DNA from: Candidatus Latescibacterota bacterium
GTDB taxonomy: Bacteria; Latescibacterota; UBA2968; GCA-2709665
Reading direction: 5' to 3'
Length of the DNA stretch: 64,000 nucleotides
NCBI GenBank assembly: GCA_965203805.1
Contig: OZ241917.1
Coordinates: forward strand, 1,280,001-1,344,000
Part shown: piece after piece, positions 10,258 through 20,818 of the stretch
Layout: each line of letters begins with the position of its first letter
How positions within the stretch are numbered: position 1 is the first letter of the stretch
Notes under the pieces: model-generated
What the model saw: the letters and a program-made list of their open reading frames with translations, nothing else
The model's database searches: none
Told to the model about the DNA's origin: nothing
Translations under genes and position numbers: made by a program

Positions 10258-11766
10258 GTGAGTACTGACAAACGCGGGGGAATCTGCTTCCGCGTGGACG
10301 ACAACAAACCGACACGACAGTGGATTGAGTTCGCGGACCTATTCAACCGGCACGGGCTGAAGTTCTGCGCCGCACTCTGTCCGGGAAGAATGGCGGGCGA
10401 CGAAACCTACGTAAGTCTCGTCCGGACGCTACAGGACCAGGGGCACGAAATCATGGACCACACGCCCCTTCACAGCGTCGACAAGATCCCGCTCCCCAGC
10501 GTCGCGGATGCGGATGCCTGGCGTATAAAACCGGGCGTCGACCACGTGGATGACACGCTCGTCTACCTGACCTACGCCGGAATTGACTCTGCCTCGCTTC
10601 CGGAGGGTCGCGCAGATATCTCGGGCAACCTGATGAAAGGACGTACGCCACGCGACCTTGCCGACACCAACCAGACGAGGTTCATCGCCGTCTACTTTCC
10701 GTGTATCGGACGCGTATTCCGGTTCAGGCAGATGGAGCATTCGGGCGATACTGCCCTGGCGTTGCGCAGCTTCTGGGACGAAGACAACGTCGATCTGGGA
10801 GAACTTCGGGATATCGCCTACCACAAGCTTGGCAAATCCGACGTTCGGATGACACTGGCTGCCCGCAGGCTCCTGGCCGAATCGTCGCTGAGGCTGTTCG
10901 ACGAGCTTGGCCTCGATCGACCCTATACGTGGATTCAGCCGGGGTCCGGCGGGTGTTCCGACTTCTGGCGCGGGGATGTCAAGGAATGTCTCGGAGATCT
11001 GTACGGATACGCGGCCGCGGCAACCTACCCGGACCGGTCCCACAAATGCTACAACGAGGCTGATCCGAGTGCCGACAAATGCTTCGGCATGCAGTGGGGA
11101 AACTTCGACGACGAGGCACAGGACCTGAATTGGAACCTGAAACGAATTGCGGACGGAATCGCCAGGCGCCATATTCTGATCGGCCACAGCCACTTCTGGG
11201 AGCACGCGATGCCGGATGGCTGGCAAGGCTACCTTGATCGGGTCGACGGAATCCTGTCCTGGTGCAGGCGCAACCACGTCCCTGTCAGGACCTATACGGA
11301 GTGGGCGGAGGTCCTCTATAACGTGAGAACGGACCCCAAAGTGAATGTGTTTCCCAATCTCGGCGTCGACCTGGATGCGGACTGTATACCGGACGGATAC
11401 GATGTGTTGTCGGCGAAACGGGTCCGAAACGAGGGCGCTCCCGATGGCCCGCCTGTCTATCTGGCGGTACGGGATGCCGGGCCGATCTGCAAAGTGGAGA
11501 GATTGGGCGGACTCGAAAAAGGCGCGAATACTTTCTCGGTCCGGACGTTCGGGCAGCCGGGCGACGCCATTGAGGCGACGTTCAGGTTCTTCGAAGTCGG
11601 ATCGATTGAGAAGCACGTGTTTTCAGTGGCAGGCCCCGAATGGACCGAACAATCCGCGACTCTCGAGGTGCCGCCGGAAGCATCTCTGGTGAATGTCTCC
11701 ATCGAGTGCACCCGTACCGGCGGCGGCTTGAAGTTAGGCGGGATGCGATTGAGCGCGTCCGAATGA
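10258..11766 (+). CDS. Polysaccharide deacetylase-like protein with C-terminal carbohydrate-binding-like domain
   Basis: FRVDD, GHEIMDHT and WIQPG motifs resemble NodB-type motifs. Confidence 0.55.
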   Translation: MSTDKRGGICFRVDDNKPTRQWIEFADLFNRHGLKFCAALCPGRMAGDETYVSLVRTLQDQGHEIMDHTPLHSVDKIPLPSVADADAWRIKPGVDHVDDTLVYLTYAGIDSASLPEGRADISGNLMKGRTPRDLADTNQTRFIAVYFPCIGRVFRFRQMEHSGDTALALRSFWDEDNVDLGELRDIAYHKLGKSDVRMTLAARRLLAESSLRLFDELGLDRPYTWIQPGSGGCSDFWRGDVKECLGDLYGYAAAATYPDRSHKCYNEADPSADKCFGMQWGNFDDEAQDLNWNLKRIADGIARRHILIGHSHFWEHAMPDGWQGYLDRVDGILSWCRRNHVPVRTYTEWAEVLYNVRTDPKVNVFPNLGVDLDADCIPDGYDVLSAKRVRNEGAPDGPPVYLAVRDAGPICKVERLGGLEKGANTFSVRTFGQPGDAIEATFRFFEVGSIEKHVFSVAGPEWTEQSATLEVPPEASLVNVSIECTRTGGGLKLGGMRLSASE

Positions 11767-11860
11767 AATCCAGAACTTCAGAATGAACGCCGGTCCGTCG
11801 CAAGCTCGGGCGTGTCGGACGAAATTAAAAAACGCCGTATCTACCGAACAGGAGCGATTG

Positions 11861-13000
11861 ATGTCCACAACGACCGATGCCTTTGATCTGCTGATTACGG
11901 CCGGCCGCGTCTTCTGCGCCGAGACCGGCCTGGACGGACCGGGCGCCGTGGCCGTACGCGGCGACCGCATCGTCGCCTCGGGCCCTGACCTGCAGGGGAG
12001 TGCGGCGCGGACTCTCGAGTACCCCGACGCCCTGCTTCTGCCGGGGCTGGTGGATATGCACGCGCACCCGTCCCGGGGCGGCTCGCGGTTCGGCGTCGAT
12101 CCCGACGCGCACTTTCTTCCGTGCGGGGTCACCACCTGCATGTCGCAGGGCGACGCGGGCGCCCTCAACTGGCCTGCCTATCGGGAGGAGGTCGTCCGTG
12201 GATGCCGCACCCGGGTGAGGCTGGCCCTCCACCTCTCGAAAACCGGTGAAACGCCGCCGGATCACTGCTTCGAGCAGCTCGAAAACGCCGACGTCGGCGT
12301 CTGTGCGGATACCGTCGCCGCAGCCGGAGACGAAATCTGGGGGATCGCGTTCAACACCGTACTTGAACCCAGGCTTGAACACGACCCGAAAGAGATCATG
12401 CGCCGCGGGATCGAAGCCGCCGAGCGAAGCGGGCGCCCCATCCTCTACGGCCCGCGCTTCAACGTGGATTTTCCGCTCACGGAACAGCTGGCGTGCCTGA
12501 GGGCGGGGGACGTTTTCACCTATACGTTCAGCCCCCGCCCGGACAATATCATCCAGGGCGGCAGGGTTCGGCGGGCCGTCCGGGAGGCCAGGGACCGGGG
12601 GATCCTCTTCGACGGATGCCACGGGGCGCAGTCTTTCAGTTTCGCCCACGCGGAGCCGGCCATCGCGGAGGGATTCTACCCCGACACGATTTCCACCGAC
12701 CAGTACATCGCTCACGTCGGCGCCGATCCGCCGCATCACCTGCCCAGGACGATGTCGAAGTACATCGCCGCCGGCATGCCCGAAGCGGAAGTCTTCGCGC
12801 GGGCAACCGCACGCCCGGCGGAATTGCTGGGGCTGAAGGGTGAGGTGGGGACGCTGGCGCCGGGCGCGTGCGCCGACCTGGCCGTCCTGCAGTGGAACCC
12901 GGAGGGGCGGCTGCGCGACGTGCTGGACGTCGCGCGCCCCGGCGGGTCCTGGGAGCCGCTGGCCACCGTGAAATCGGGCGAGTTTGTGTCGACGGGATGA
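11861..13000 (+). CDS. Amidohydrolase / dihydroorotase-like metallohydrolase
   Basis: PGLVDMHAH, PDTISTD, GTLAPGACADLAV. Confidence 0.85.
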   Translation: MSTTTDAFDLLITAGRVFCAETGLDGPGAVAVRGDRIVASGPDLQGSAARTLEYPDALLLPGLVDMHAHPSRGGSRFGVDPDAHFLPCGVTTCMSQGDAGALNWPAYREEVVRGCRTRVRLALHLSKTGETPPDHCFEQLENADVGVCADTVAAAGDEIWGIAFNTVLEPRLEHDPKEIMRRGIEAAERSGRPILYGPRFNVDFPLTEQLACLRAGDVFTYTFSPRPDNIIQGGRVRRAVREARDRGILFDGCHGAQSFSFAHAEPAIAEGFYPDTISTDQYIAHVGADPPHHLPRTMSKYIAAGMPEAEVFARATARPAELLGLKGEVGTLAPGACADLAVLQWNPEGRLRDVLDVARPGGSWEPLATVKSGEFVSTG

Positions 13001-13207
13001 ACTGGATGATTCAATATACTTCCCCGGTAAATATGCCGTTGAAGGGGATGATTGCCATGGCGAACGATACTGCCATAATTTTCATGTCGACGCTTGAATT
13101 TCACGCGGGCGCCAGATCCGGATTCGGTCTCTGCCTTCCATCCGAAAGCGAATTGTCGTGTCCACAAGACCCGCATGTCAAATCCTATCGAACGGAGGAA
13201 ACCCACT

Positions 13208-14158
13208 GTGAGTCAGGAAGTGATTATGATCGTCGGTTTTTTGCTCGGCGCCTATTCAATCGTAGGAAACGACGCGATCCAGACCCTCGGCACCTTTCTC
13301 AGTTCGAACGCGAGACGCCCGTGGTGGGTACTCTGGATCTTCGCCTGCAGTATTCTGGTGTTGGTACTCGCGTACGGATGGTGGTTCCACGACGACGTCT
13401 CCTACGGCAGGCTGGAGAAAATCCCCGAACCCGAACAGTGGACGTGGATCTACTGCGTCCCTCCGTTCGTTCTGCTCCTGCTGACCCGTTGGGGCATCCC
13501 GGTGAGCACCACGTTTCTGACCCTGACGATCTTCGCCCCGAAGGCACTGCCGAGCATGCTGATCAAATCGCTGGCCGGGTACGCGACCGCCTTCATTGCG
13601 GCCATCCTGATCTATCGATGGGTCACCCGCGGGCTCGAGTCCCGATTTCACAGAACGGAGGGTCCCACGAGCGGCTGGTGGGTCGTCGCGCAATGGTGTT
13701 CGACCGGTTTTCTATGGAGCCAATGGCTGATACAGGACCTGGCAAACATCTTCGTCTTCCTTCCACGCAGCCTCAGCGCGGAATGGTTCTTCTCGGCGGT
13801 CGTCGTCATGCTGGCCCTGCATGCCATTATCTTCTACAACCACGGTGGCGCAATCCAGAAGGTGGTCCTGACCAAGACGAACACCACCGACATACGGTCT
13901 GCCACATTCGTTGACCTGATCTACGGTATCGTACTGTTCCTGTTCAAGGAGGTATCCAAGCTTCCGATGAGTACAACGTGGGTCTTCGTCGGCCTTCTGG
14001 CAGGACGCGAGATCGCGGTCTCATGGAACCAGCGGCACCGGGGACGCAAGGAAGTGACGCGGCTGGTGGCGACGGATTTCGCCAAGATCACCGGCGGGCT
14101 GCTCGTCAGTATCGGCCTTGCCTACCTGCTGCCCAGACTGCAGGCGATGTTCGGTTGA
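13208..14158 (+). CDS. Multi-pass membrane protein, distant PiT/PHO4-like transporter
   Basis: GNDAIQT, repeated PVSTT/PMSTT motifs, many hydrophobic segments; GGAGG before GTG. Confidence 0.6.
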   Translation: MSQEVIMIVGFLLGAYSIVGNDAIQTLGTFLSSNARRPWWVLWIFACSILVLVLAYGWWFHDDVSYGRLEKIPEPEQWTWIYCVPPFVLLLLTRWGIPVSTTFLTLTIFAPKALPSMLIKSLAGYATAFIAAILIYRWVTRGLESRFHRTEGPTSGWWVVAQWCSTGFLWSQWLIQDLANIFVFLPRSLSAEWFFSAVVVMLALHAIIFYNHGGAIQKVVLTKTNTTDIRSATFVDLIYGIVLFLFKEVSKLPMSTTWVFVGLLAGREIAVSWNQRHRGRKEVTRLVATDFAKITGGLLVSIGLAYLLPRLQAMFG

Positions 14159-14334
14159 CCGGCTGCCTGTGGATCCGGTAGCGGGAACGGAAGCGGGCAC
14201 GGTTCACGACGTCAGGATCGAAGCAGAACAGTCCCTTGGACGTCAACGCGGATTATTTACCCATCTTTATCAAGATAAATCTTGACAGATTCAGCAAAAT
14301 GCCTCAATTTGACAAAAAAACGGGGTTCTGCGCT

Positions 14335-14562
14335 ATGAATTCGCCACGGGAAAAATTCTCGAGCCAGGTTGCACCGGAGTTGCTGGGCACGATGCGGGAG
14401 ATTGCCCGTGAGGAGGGGCGTCACTTCCAGGCGGTGTTGGAAGAGGCCATGCGGGAATACATCGACAACCGGACCCGGCAGAAGCTCCGCACCGAGGTCA
14501 TGGCCCATTTTCAGGCCAGCGTTGAGCGAAACCGCCGGCTGGGTGAAATGCTGGCCGGATGA
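14335..14562 (+). CDS. Putative antitoxin upstream of Doc toxin
   Basis: 75 aa, RHH-like N-terminus, ATGA overlap with doc. Confidence 0.7.
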   Translation: MNSPREKFSSQVAPELLGTMREIAREEGRHFQAVLEEAMREYIDNRTRQKLRTEVMAHFQASVERNRRLGEMLAG

Positions 14563-14948
14563 CCCGTGACTTCCCCACCATACAGGAAGTCATCGTCATC
14601 CACGGCGTCCTGATCGAGACTTTTGGCGGGTCGCCCGGCATTCGAGACGAAGGCGCCCTCGCTTCGGCGCTGATGCGACCCCAGCTTGGGTACTACGACG
14701 GTCTGATCGAGCAGGCCGCCGCGCTCATGGAAAGCCTGGCAAACAACCATCCCTTTGTAGACGGGAACAAACGGGCGGCCTTCTTCGTCACCGACACCTT
14801 CCTGCGCATGAACGGCCGCTTCATCGATTGCGACGACGATGAGGCATACGCGTTTATCGTCGGGATGCTGGAGGCCGGTTCATTCCGGTTCGCCGAGTTG
14901 AATACGTGGCTTCAGGAAAAGGTCGTACCCCTGCCGGGTGTTGGATGA
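14559..14948 (+). CDS. doc: Death-on-curing (Doc/Fic) family toxin
   Basis: GIRDEGALASALMRP and HPFVDGNKRAA Fic/Doc motif. Confidence 0.9.
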   Translation: MTRDFPTIQEVIVIHGVLIETFGGSPGIRDEGALASALMRPQLGYYDGLIEQAAALMESLANNHPFVDGNKRAAFFVTDTFLRMNGRFIDCDDDEAYAFIVGMLEAGSFRFAELNTWLQEKVVPLPGVG

Positions 14949-15062
14949 GCGGTCGAGATACGGTATTTTACGGATAGATTACTGTTTTTTTGAAGTTGAA
15001 GGAATATTGATAAGGGCCGAAGAACGCCCTGCGGTCCGGGCAGACCATCCGGGAGATTCCAA

Positions 15063-16352
15063 ATGCAATACCAGGCACCGAGGACGGAAGCGCAGATAGA
15101 AGCCGCTTTCCGACAGGCCGCCGAACAGTACGCCGCCGTTGGCGTAGACGCGTCGGAAGCAGTTGAAAAGGCGCTGGATGTGCCCATCTCGCTTCACTGC
15201 TGGCAGGCCGACGACGTGGCGGGGTTCGAGACGAAGGATGAAGCCGTGGAAGGCGGCGGCATCATGGCCACCGGGAACTATCCGGGCAGGGCGCGAAACG
15301 GCGAGGAGCTTCGCGGCGACCTGAAGCAGGTCATCGGCCTGTTGCCCGGGCAGCACCGCGCGAACGTCCACGCGTCGTACGGCGACACGGGCGGCAGAGT
15401 CGTGGACCGGGACCGCCTGGAACCCGGACACTTCGCCGGGTGGATAGACTGGGCGAAAAAAAACGACGTCGGTCTGGACTTCAACCCCACGTATTTCGCC
15501 CATCCGAAGGCGAACGACGGGTACACCCTGGCCCATCCTGACAAGGATATCCGTGAATTCTGGATCCGGCACGGCGTGGCCAGCCGGCGAATCGCGGAGG
15601 CCATCGGCACCGCGCTGGAAGACGTTTGCGTGAACAACCACTGGATTCCCGACGGCGCCAAGGACCATCCCGCGGACCGACTCGGGCCCCGCGAACGCCT
15701 GGTGGCGTCGCTCGACGCCGTCCTGGACCCCGCCCTGGGCATCGGACCTGCGTGCGTGGACGCCGTGGAGGGCAAACTCTTCGGCCTGGGCGTGGAAGAC
15801 TACACGGTGGGCTCCAATGACTTCTACGCGAACTACGCCCTGTCGCGGGGCGCGGTTCTCTGCCTGGACATGGGCCATTTCCACCCCACGGAGTCCATCG
15901 CAGACAAGATCTCCGCACACCTCCCCTTCCACGAGAAACTGCTCATCCACACCAGCCGGCCCATCCGCTGGGACTCGGACCACGTCGTGCTGTTCGGCGA
16001 CGACGTGCGCAACGTCTTCCTGGAGATCGTGCGGTGCGGCGCGCTCGACCGCGTGTACGTGGCCCTGGATTTCTTCGACGCCAGCATCAACCGTGTCGGG
16101 GCCTACGTAATCGGAACACGCGCGACGCGGAAAGCCATCCTCTATGCGCTGCTGGATCCTACGGAAAATCTGAATGAACTAGAACGGGAAGGAAAACTGG
16201 CGCAGAAGCTCGGTCTGATGGAAGACATGAAAACCATGCCGTTTGCCGCCGTCTGGGACATGGCCTGCCTGGCATCCGGCGTCCCCCCCGGCACCGCGTG
16301 GATTCCCGAAATGGAAGCCTACGAAGAACAGGTTTTGTCAAAACGAGGCTAA
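15063..16352 (+). CDS. rhaA: L-rhamnose isomerase
   Basis: ISLHCWQADDV, ATGNYPGRAR, DFNPTYFAHP, LDMGHFHPTE, RWDSDHVV, LDFFDASINR. Confidence 0.96.
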   Translation: MQYQAPRTEAQIEAAFRQAAEQYAAVGVDASEAVEKALDVPISLHCWQADDVAGFETKDEAVEGGGIMATGNYPGRARNGEELRGDLKQVIGLLPGQHRANVHASYGDTGGRVVDRDRLEPGHFAGWIDWAKKNDVGLDFNPTYFAHPKANDGYTLAHPDKDIREFWIRHGVASRRIAEAIGTALEDVCVNNHWIPDGAKDHPADRLGPRERLVASLDAVLDPALGIGPACVDAVEGKLFGLGVEDYTVGSNDFYANYALSRGAVLCLDMGHFHPTESIADKISAHLPFHEKLLIHTSRPIRWDSDHVVLFGDDVRNVFLEIVRCGALDRVYVALDFFDASINRVGAYVIGTRATRKAILYALLDPTENLNELEREGKLAQKLGLMEDMKTMPFAAVWDMACLASGVPPGTAWIPEMEAYEEQVLSKRG

Positions 16353-16472
16353 AGAAAAACGCGGATCGGTGTGCGTAACAACCCACACCGGTCCGCGTTC
16401 CCTATCGGCTTTGATTCTCTTGTGCACCCTACCGAATCAACCGGATATCCCACCGTTAGAATTACTTACCGC

Positions 16473-16646
16473 TCATTCCCAGTTTTGAAGTTCGTCGAGA
16501 TACGACCTGATCGCTTCGGCGACCAGGTTACGCACTTCATCCTCCGTTTCACCCGCCACGCCAATCCCCGGAAGTTCCGGCACATACGCCCCGTAGGACC
16601 GGGAGCCGTAATTCTCAATGATGACCAGATTCTCAGCCTGGGACAT
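16473..16646 (-). CDS. HicB family antitoxin (57 aa, orphan)
   Basis: Below ORF-track cutoff; MSQAENLVIIENYGSRSYGAYVPELPGIGVAGETEDEVRNLVAEAIRSYLDELQNWE; GAGGA RBS. Confidence 0.8.
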   Translation of the reverse strand: MSQAENLVIIENYGSRSYGAYVPELPGIGVAGETEDEVRNLVAEAIRSYLDELQNWE

Positions 16647-16716
16647 CTTTATCCTCGCTGTCGGCCTCTCTCAATCCGGCCTGTTTGAGTACCAGACTCA
16701 GCCGGTGGTTCATTTA

Positions 16717-16923
16717 TCAAACCAAATCCTTAATAACCGCTACAGTACCACTGACTAATACTAATAGAGGATTTTCAATAAGTTCAACGGCTTCTTTTGC
16801 TGATGTGTGGTCATCACAAATCATAAAGAAAAACATAAGTGTTATTGCAAGATAGCCAAGGAAAAATAACACAAATACGTTAAGACGAAATTTCGATTTA
16901 GTTTCGGTATGTGTCTGTTCCAT
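16717..16923 (-). CDS. Small AT-rich two-TM hypothetical protein
   Basis: 68 aa, AGGAG RBS, two hydrophobic segments, low GC. Confidence 0.55.
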   Translation of the reverse strand: MEQTHTETKSKFRLNVFVLFFLGYLAITLMFFFMICDDHTSAKEAVELIENPLLVLVSGTVAVIKDLV

Positions 16924-16949
16924 CTCTTCTCTCCTTTGACAACAATTGG

Positions 16950-17143
16950 CCTTGATTTGTCACTTTTGGGTGACGTTAAATCGAATATACGCAAGTTAAT
17001 AAAGGCGATTTGACGTCGGATTTCCAAGATACTTCAGGTCCCTGGATGTGAATGAACGGAAAAATGTCCGTTTCGACGACCTTTTCGGCCCAATTCGGAA
17101 GCATTTGTCGCGGCGCCGCGTTGCTGCTTTTGTTAAACTAAGG
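16950..17143 (+). mobile_element. ~190 bp MITE, copy 1 (CCTT-ended TIRs, possibly IS1380-derived)
   Basis: Ends CCTTGATTTGTCA / TGTTAAACTAAGG; homologous over its length to 59418-59594 plus 60414-60426 on the minus strand. Confidence 0.75.
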
Positions 17144-17388
17144 TTTTTGGCAGTATAAAGAAAAACGCCCTTGAAAACAAGGACGTTGATTTTTAATCAA
17201 TGTGTGACAAATAAGAGATTAAGTCACACCGACGACTTATTTGTTTAGGCGTCTCACGAACTCTTGAAACGACAGGCCCGGCGTTAAGCGTAGGAGGAGA
17301 AGGCTACCTGACCCCTGGGAGGCAGGAGAAGGATGGAGGCCAATGAGGGGTTGGCGCCAAAAAACATGAGCACACTTCTCGACCCACG

Positions 17389-20300
17389 TTACGTACCAAC
17401 CGGATCATAGGCGAGGTCGAATACCTTGTCAGTCATCCAGCGCTTGAAGCCCGGATTGTCCATGAACTGCTTGAACAGCTGGGTGTCGTCCTTCATCATC
17501 GCAGTCATCACTCGCACCAGAGCTGTATCGTGCTCGATCCGGGCATTCTGGCGGTCGGAGTTCTGCCGGGCGTTCTGGAACGCGGTGTCGGCAGCCACGC
17601 GGGCGGGAATGGTCTCTATGATGAGTTGCTCCACGCGGTCGCGATCTTCCCACTGAATATCACCAAAGTGTTCGTTGAAGTCCCGAAGTATGTTGGAAAG
17701 CCGATCCAATTCCAACTCCGGTTGATGTCCTCCGCCGGCCGTCGGTACCGGATCGATCTCTGCATCCTCGTCCGGCAACAGGATCTGTTGCATCGCCCGC
17801 TTCTCAACCCGGTAGCTGTCCAGATCGATCGCATCGAGGATCCCTTTGGAAAGGTCCTCCTCCTCGGGAGCGGGTAACTTCGGGACCAGGAAGTTGAGGA
17901 AAATCGAACGCTTTTCCCATTCCGCATTGTTGTAGTGAAGGATGGATGAAAGGAAGGCGTAGGTCCTCACGAAGGCCTTGGCCCTGCCCTTGAACGCGAC
18001 CTGGCCGTCTTCGTCCAGATCGCTTCGATAGACCGCAACACAAGCATCCAGGATGGGATCGAGACGGTCGCGTTCGGCCCCTTCCAGGTAGAGCCGCACA
18101 AAATCCTCGATCTGCATATCCGAATAGACCTGTGCGCCGTCCAGGTCCGCCTGCAGGTCGTGGAGCTTGTTCGGGTCGGTCTCGTCGGCCAGAATCGTCG
18201 TCCGGTAGAAGTCAGCGAACGCATCGCGGATGGTGTCCGTATCGTTGAGAAAATCAAGTACGAACACATCGTGCTTCTGCGGCTGAGCGCGGTTCAGGCG
18301 GGAAAGCGTCTGCACGGCCTTGATGCCGGACAGCGTCTTATCCACGTACATCGTGTGCAGCAGGGGCTCGTCGTACCCGGTCTGAAACTTGTCCGCGCAG
18401 ACCAGGAACCGGTAAGGGTCCTCCCGGAATCGCCCGGCGATCTGCGATGAGGGCAGGCCGTTCAAAGACGCCTCGCTGACTTTGGCGCCGCCGTATTCGT
18501 GCTCTCCTGAGAAAGCGACCAGGACCTGGTACTGGCTTTTCCGCTCCTTGAGATAGGTACGGATGGCGTGATAGTACTGAATCGCGCGCGCAATGCCGTT
18601 TGTGACCACCATTGCCCGCGCCGATCCGCCGATCTTTCCCTGCTTCAACACCTGGTCGTGGAAATGGTCGACCATGATCTCGGCCTTGAGGCGAATCGCG
18701 TGGTCGCTTCCTTCCACGAACCGGCGCAGCTTCCTTTGCGCCTTACGCACGTCGAACTCAGGATCGTCTTCAACCGTCTTGGCGAGCTTGTAGTAGCTGT
18801 TCACCGGCGTGTAGCGGGCGAGAACGTCGAGGATGAATCCTTCCTGAATGGCCTGCTTCATGGTGTAGCTATGAAAGGCCCGATGGCTCACCGTTCCGTC
18901 GGGCTGCGGGTCCGGCGCGCCGAAAATCTCGAGCGTCTTGTTCTTGGGTGTGGCGGTAAACGCGAAATAGCTGGCGTTGGGAAGCAGTTTCCGCGACTCC
19001 ATCAGGCGGTTAATCCGGTCTTCGAAGGTATCCTGATCGTCATCTTCTCCCGCTTCCGAAAGCGCCTGCGCCATGGCCGCGCTGGTGCGCCCCCCCTGGC
19101 TTGAATGGGCTTCGTCGATAATGATGGCGAAGCGTTTGCCCCGTTGCTCGTTGCCGATCTCGTCCAGGATGAACGGAAATTTCTGGACCGTGGAAATGAT
19201 GATCTTCTTTCCGCTTTCGATGAAGCGGCGCAGATCTCCCGAGGCGTCGGCGTGTCCTACCGTCGCCGCCACCTGGGCGTACTGTTTGATCGTGTCGCGG
19301 ATCTGCCGGTCCAGGATGAGCCTGTCCGTGACGACGATGATCGAGTCGAAAACAGGAGCGTCATCCTTCTCCAGGCCGATCAACTGGTGGGCAAGCCAGG
19401 CGATTGAGTTGCTCTTCCCACTGCCGGCGGAATGCTGGATCAGGTAGCGCTGTCCGGCGCCTCGTGCGCCCGAATCTTCCAGCAGCCGGCGAACCACGTC
19501 GAGTTGATGGAAACGCGGCCAGACCTGCGTCCTCCGGTTCTTACCGCTCTTCTCATCCTTCGACTCCACCACTTGCGCGTAGTTCTCAAGGATGTTGGCG
19601 AGACTCTCACGCGTGAGGACATCCCGCCACAGGTAGGCGACCGCGAGACCCTCCGGGTTGGGCGGATTGCCCGCGCCGTCGTTCCAGCCACGGTTAAAGG
19701 GAAGAAACCACGAAGCCTTCCCCTTCAGGTGGGTGCAAAAACGCACCTCACGCTCGTCCAACGCGAAGTGCGCGATACACCGCCCGAAGCCAAACAGCTT
19801 TTCTCGCGGATTCCGGTCTTTTCGGTACTGCCAGACCGCATCGTCCACCGTCTGTTTGGTCAGGCTGTTTTTCAATTCGAACGTGAACACGGGCAGCCCG
19901 TTGATGAAGAGCCCGATGTCCAGCGCCCGTTGCGCCTCGTCCCGGCTGTAGCGAAGCTGGCGGGTGACCGTGAAGCGGTTTTGTTCGAAGCGTTCCTGTG
20001 CGTTCGGGTTGTCCGGCGAAGGCGTACCGTAAAACAGATCCAGGTACAGCGGTCCGTGCTTGATCCCGTTGCGCAGCATGTCGATCGTACCGCGCTTGTT
20101 GATCTCGCCCTGTAGCCGACTCAAAAACGCGCGCCGGGTCGGTCCGTCCTTGGAAAACGATAGCGACTCGACGGCCTTGGGTTGCGTGTTCCGCAAGAAC
20201 GCCGACAATTGGACCAGATCGACGCAGTACTCCTGATCGTAATCGTGGGGATTGCCGCAACTCCAGCCAACGCCCCCATAACCGGCAGGAGGCTCTGCCA

Positions 20301-20391
20301 CGGTCCCGGAGGTCGGCGGCTCGCAGGCATTGCCCGTCAGGCCGGTGCAAATCAGGCGTTCAAGTCCGCGTTCGGAGGTGTCTGTGTTCAA
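17389..20391 (-). CDS. hsdR: Type I restriction endonuclease subunit R
   Basis: D...FINGLPVFTFELKN nuclease motif, QHSAGSGKS, IIDEAHSSQ, FAFTATP, KFQTGYDEP, QTLSRLNR. Confidence 0.97.
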   Translation of the reverse strand: MNTDTSERGLERLICTGLTGNACEPPTSGTVAEPPAGYGGVGWSCGNPHDYDQEYCVDLVQLSAFLRNTQPKAVESLSFSKDGPTRRAFLSRLQGEINKRGTIDMLRNGIKHGPLYLDLFYGTPSPDNPNAQERFEQNRFTVTRQLRYSRDEAQRALDIGLFINGLPVFTFELKNSLTKQTVDDAVWQYRKDRNPREKLFGFGRCIAHFALDEREVRFCTHLKGKASWFLPFNRGWNDGAGNPPNPEGLAVAYLWRDVLTRESLANILENYAQVVESKDEKSGKNRRTQVWPRFHQLDVVRRLLEDSGARGAGQRYLIQHSAGSGKSNSIAWLAHQLIGLEKDDAPVFDSIIVVTDRLILDRQIRDTIKQYAQVAATVGHADASGDLRRFIESGKKIIISTVQKFPFILDEIGNEQRGKRFAIIIDEAHSSQGGRTSAAMAQALSEAGEDDDQDTFEDRINRLMESRKLLPNASYFAFTATPKNKTLEIFGAPDPQPDGTVSHRAFHSYTMKQAIQEGFILDVLARYTPVNSYYKLAKTVEDDPEFDVRKAQRKLRRFVEGSDHAIRLKAEIMVDHFHDQVLKQGKIGGSARAMVVTNGIARAIQYYHAIRTYLKERKSQYQVLVAFSGEHEYGGAKVSEASLNGLPSSQIAGRFREDPYRFLVCADKFQTGYDEPLLHTMYVDKTLSGIKAVQTLSRLNRAQPQKHDVFVLDFLNDTDTIRDAFADFYRTTILADETDPNKLHDLQADLDGAQVYSDMQIEDFVRLYLEGAERDRLDPILDACVAVYRSDLDEDGQVAFKGRAKAFVRTYAFLSSILHYNNAEWEKRSIFLNFLVPKLPAPEEEDLSKGILDAIDLDSYRVEKRAMQQILLPDEDAEIDPVPTAGGGHQPELELDRLSNILRDFNEHFGDIQWEDRDRVEQLIIETIPARVAADTAFQNARQNSDRQNARIEHDTALVRVMTAMMKDDTQLFKQFMDNPGFKRWMTDKVFDLAYDPVGT

Positions 20392-20399
20392 CGTGAAGC

Positions 20400-20813
20400 C
20401 TACTGGTCGGTGAACGGGTTTATAATCCGGAGGCCATCGTAGTCCTGATCCGTGCTCAAATCCTCGGTGTACACGTCATCGCAGCCCATGGCACGGGCTG
20501 CGGCGAGAATTGCGCCGTCCCAATAGGACAGCCCGAAACGTTGGCTGATGGCGATTGCTGCAATGAACAAACTGAGCGTGATGTCCTGCACCGGAAAGTG
20601 ACTAATGCTCTCGATGAATTGCAGCGCGTGGTCCTGGGTGATCGCTCCAGGACGGCTGGAGCGCGTAGACTGGTGATAGAATTCCTGGAGTACTTGGACG
20701 GACAACGCAAGATCTCCCTCTTCCAGCAGCCGTTGAGCCGAACGCTGCTTGCCGGCTTCATCAGGAGCGGGGCTGGCCGCGTATATCAGGACGTTCGTAT
20801 CAACAAAGCGCAC
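20400..20813 (-). CDS. PIN domain (VapC) toxin
   Basis: FVDTNVLIYA, QVLQEF, SYWDGAILAAA, YTEDL. Confidence 0.92.
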   Translation of the reverse strand: MRFVDTNVLIYAASPAPDEAGKQRSAQRLLEEGDLALSVQVLQEFYHQSTRSSRPGAITQDHALQFIESISHFPVQDITLSLFIAAIAISQRFGLSYWDGAILAAARAMGCDDVYTEDLSTDQDYDGLRIINPFTDQ

Positions 20814-20818
20814 GGCGC

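Noticed and set aside
17202-17245. Interleaved inverted repeats GTGTGAC/GTCACAC and ACAAATAAG/CTTATTTGT
   Set aside because: Short, AT-rich, single instance; no family recognised
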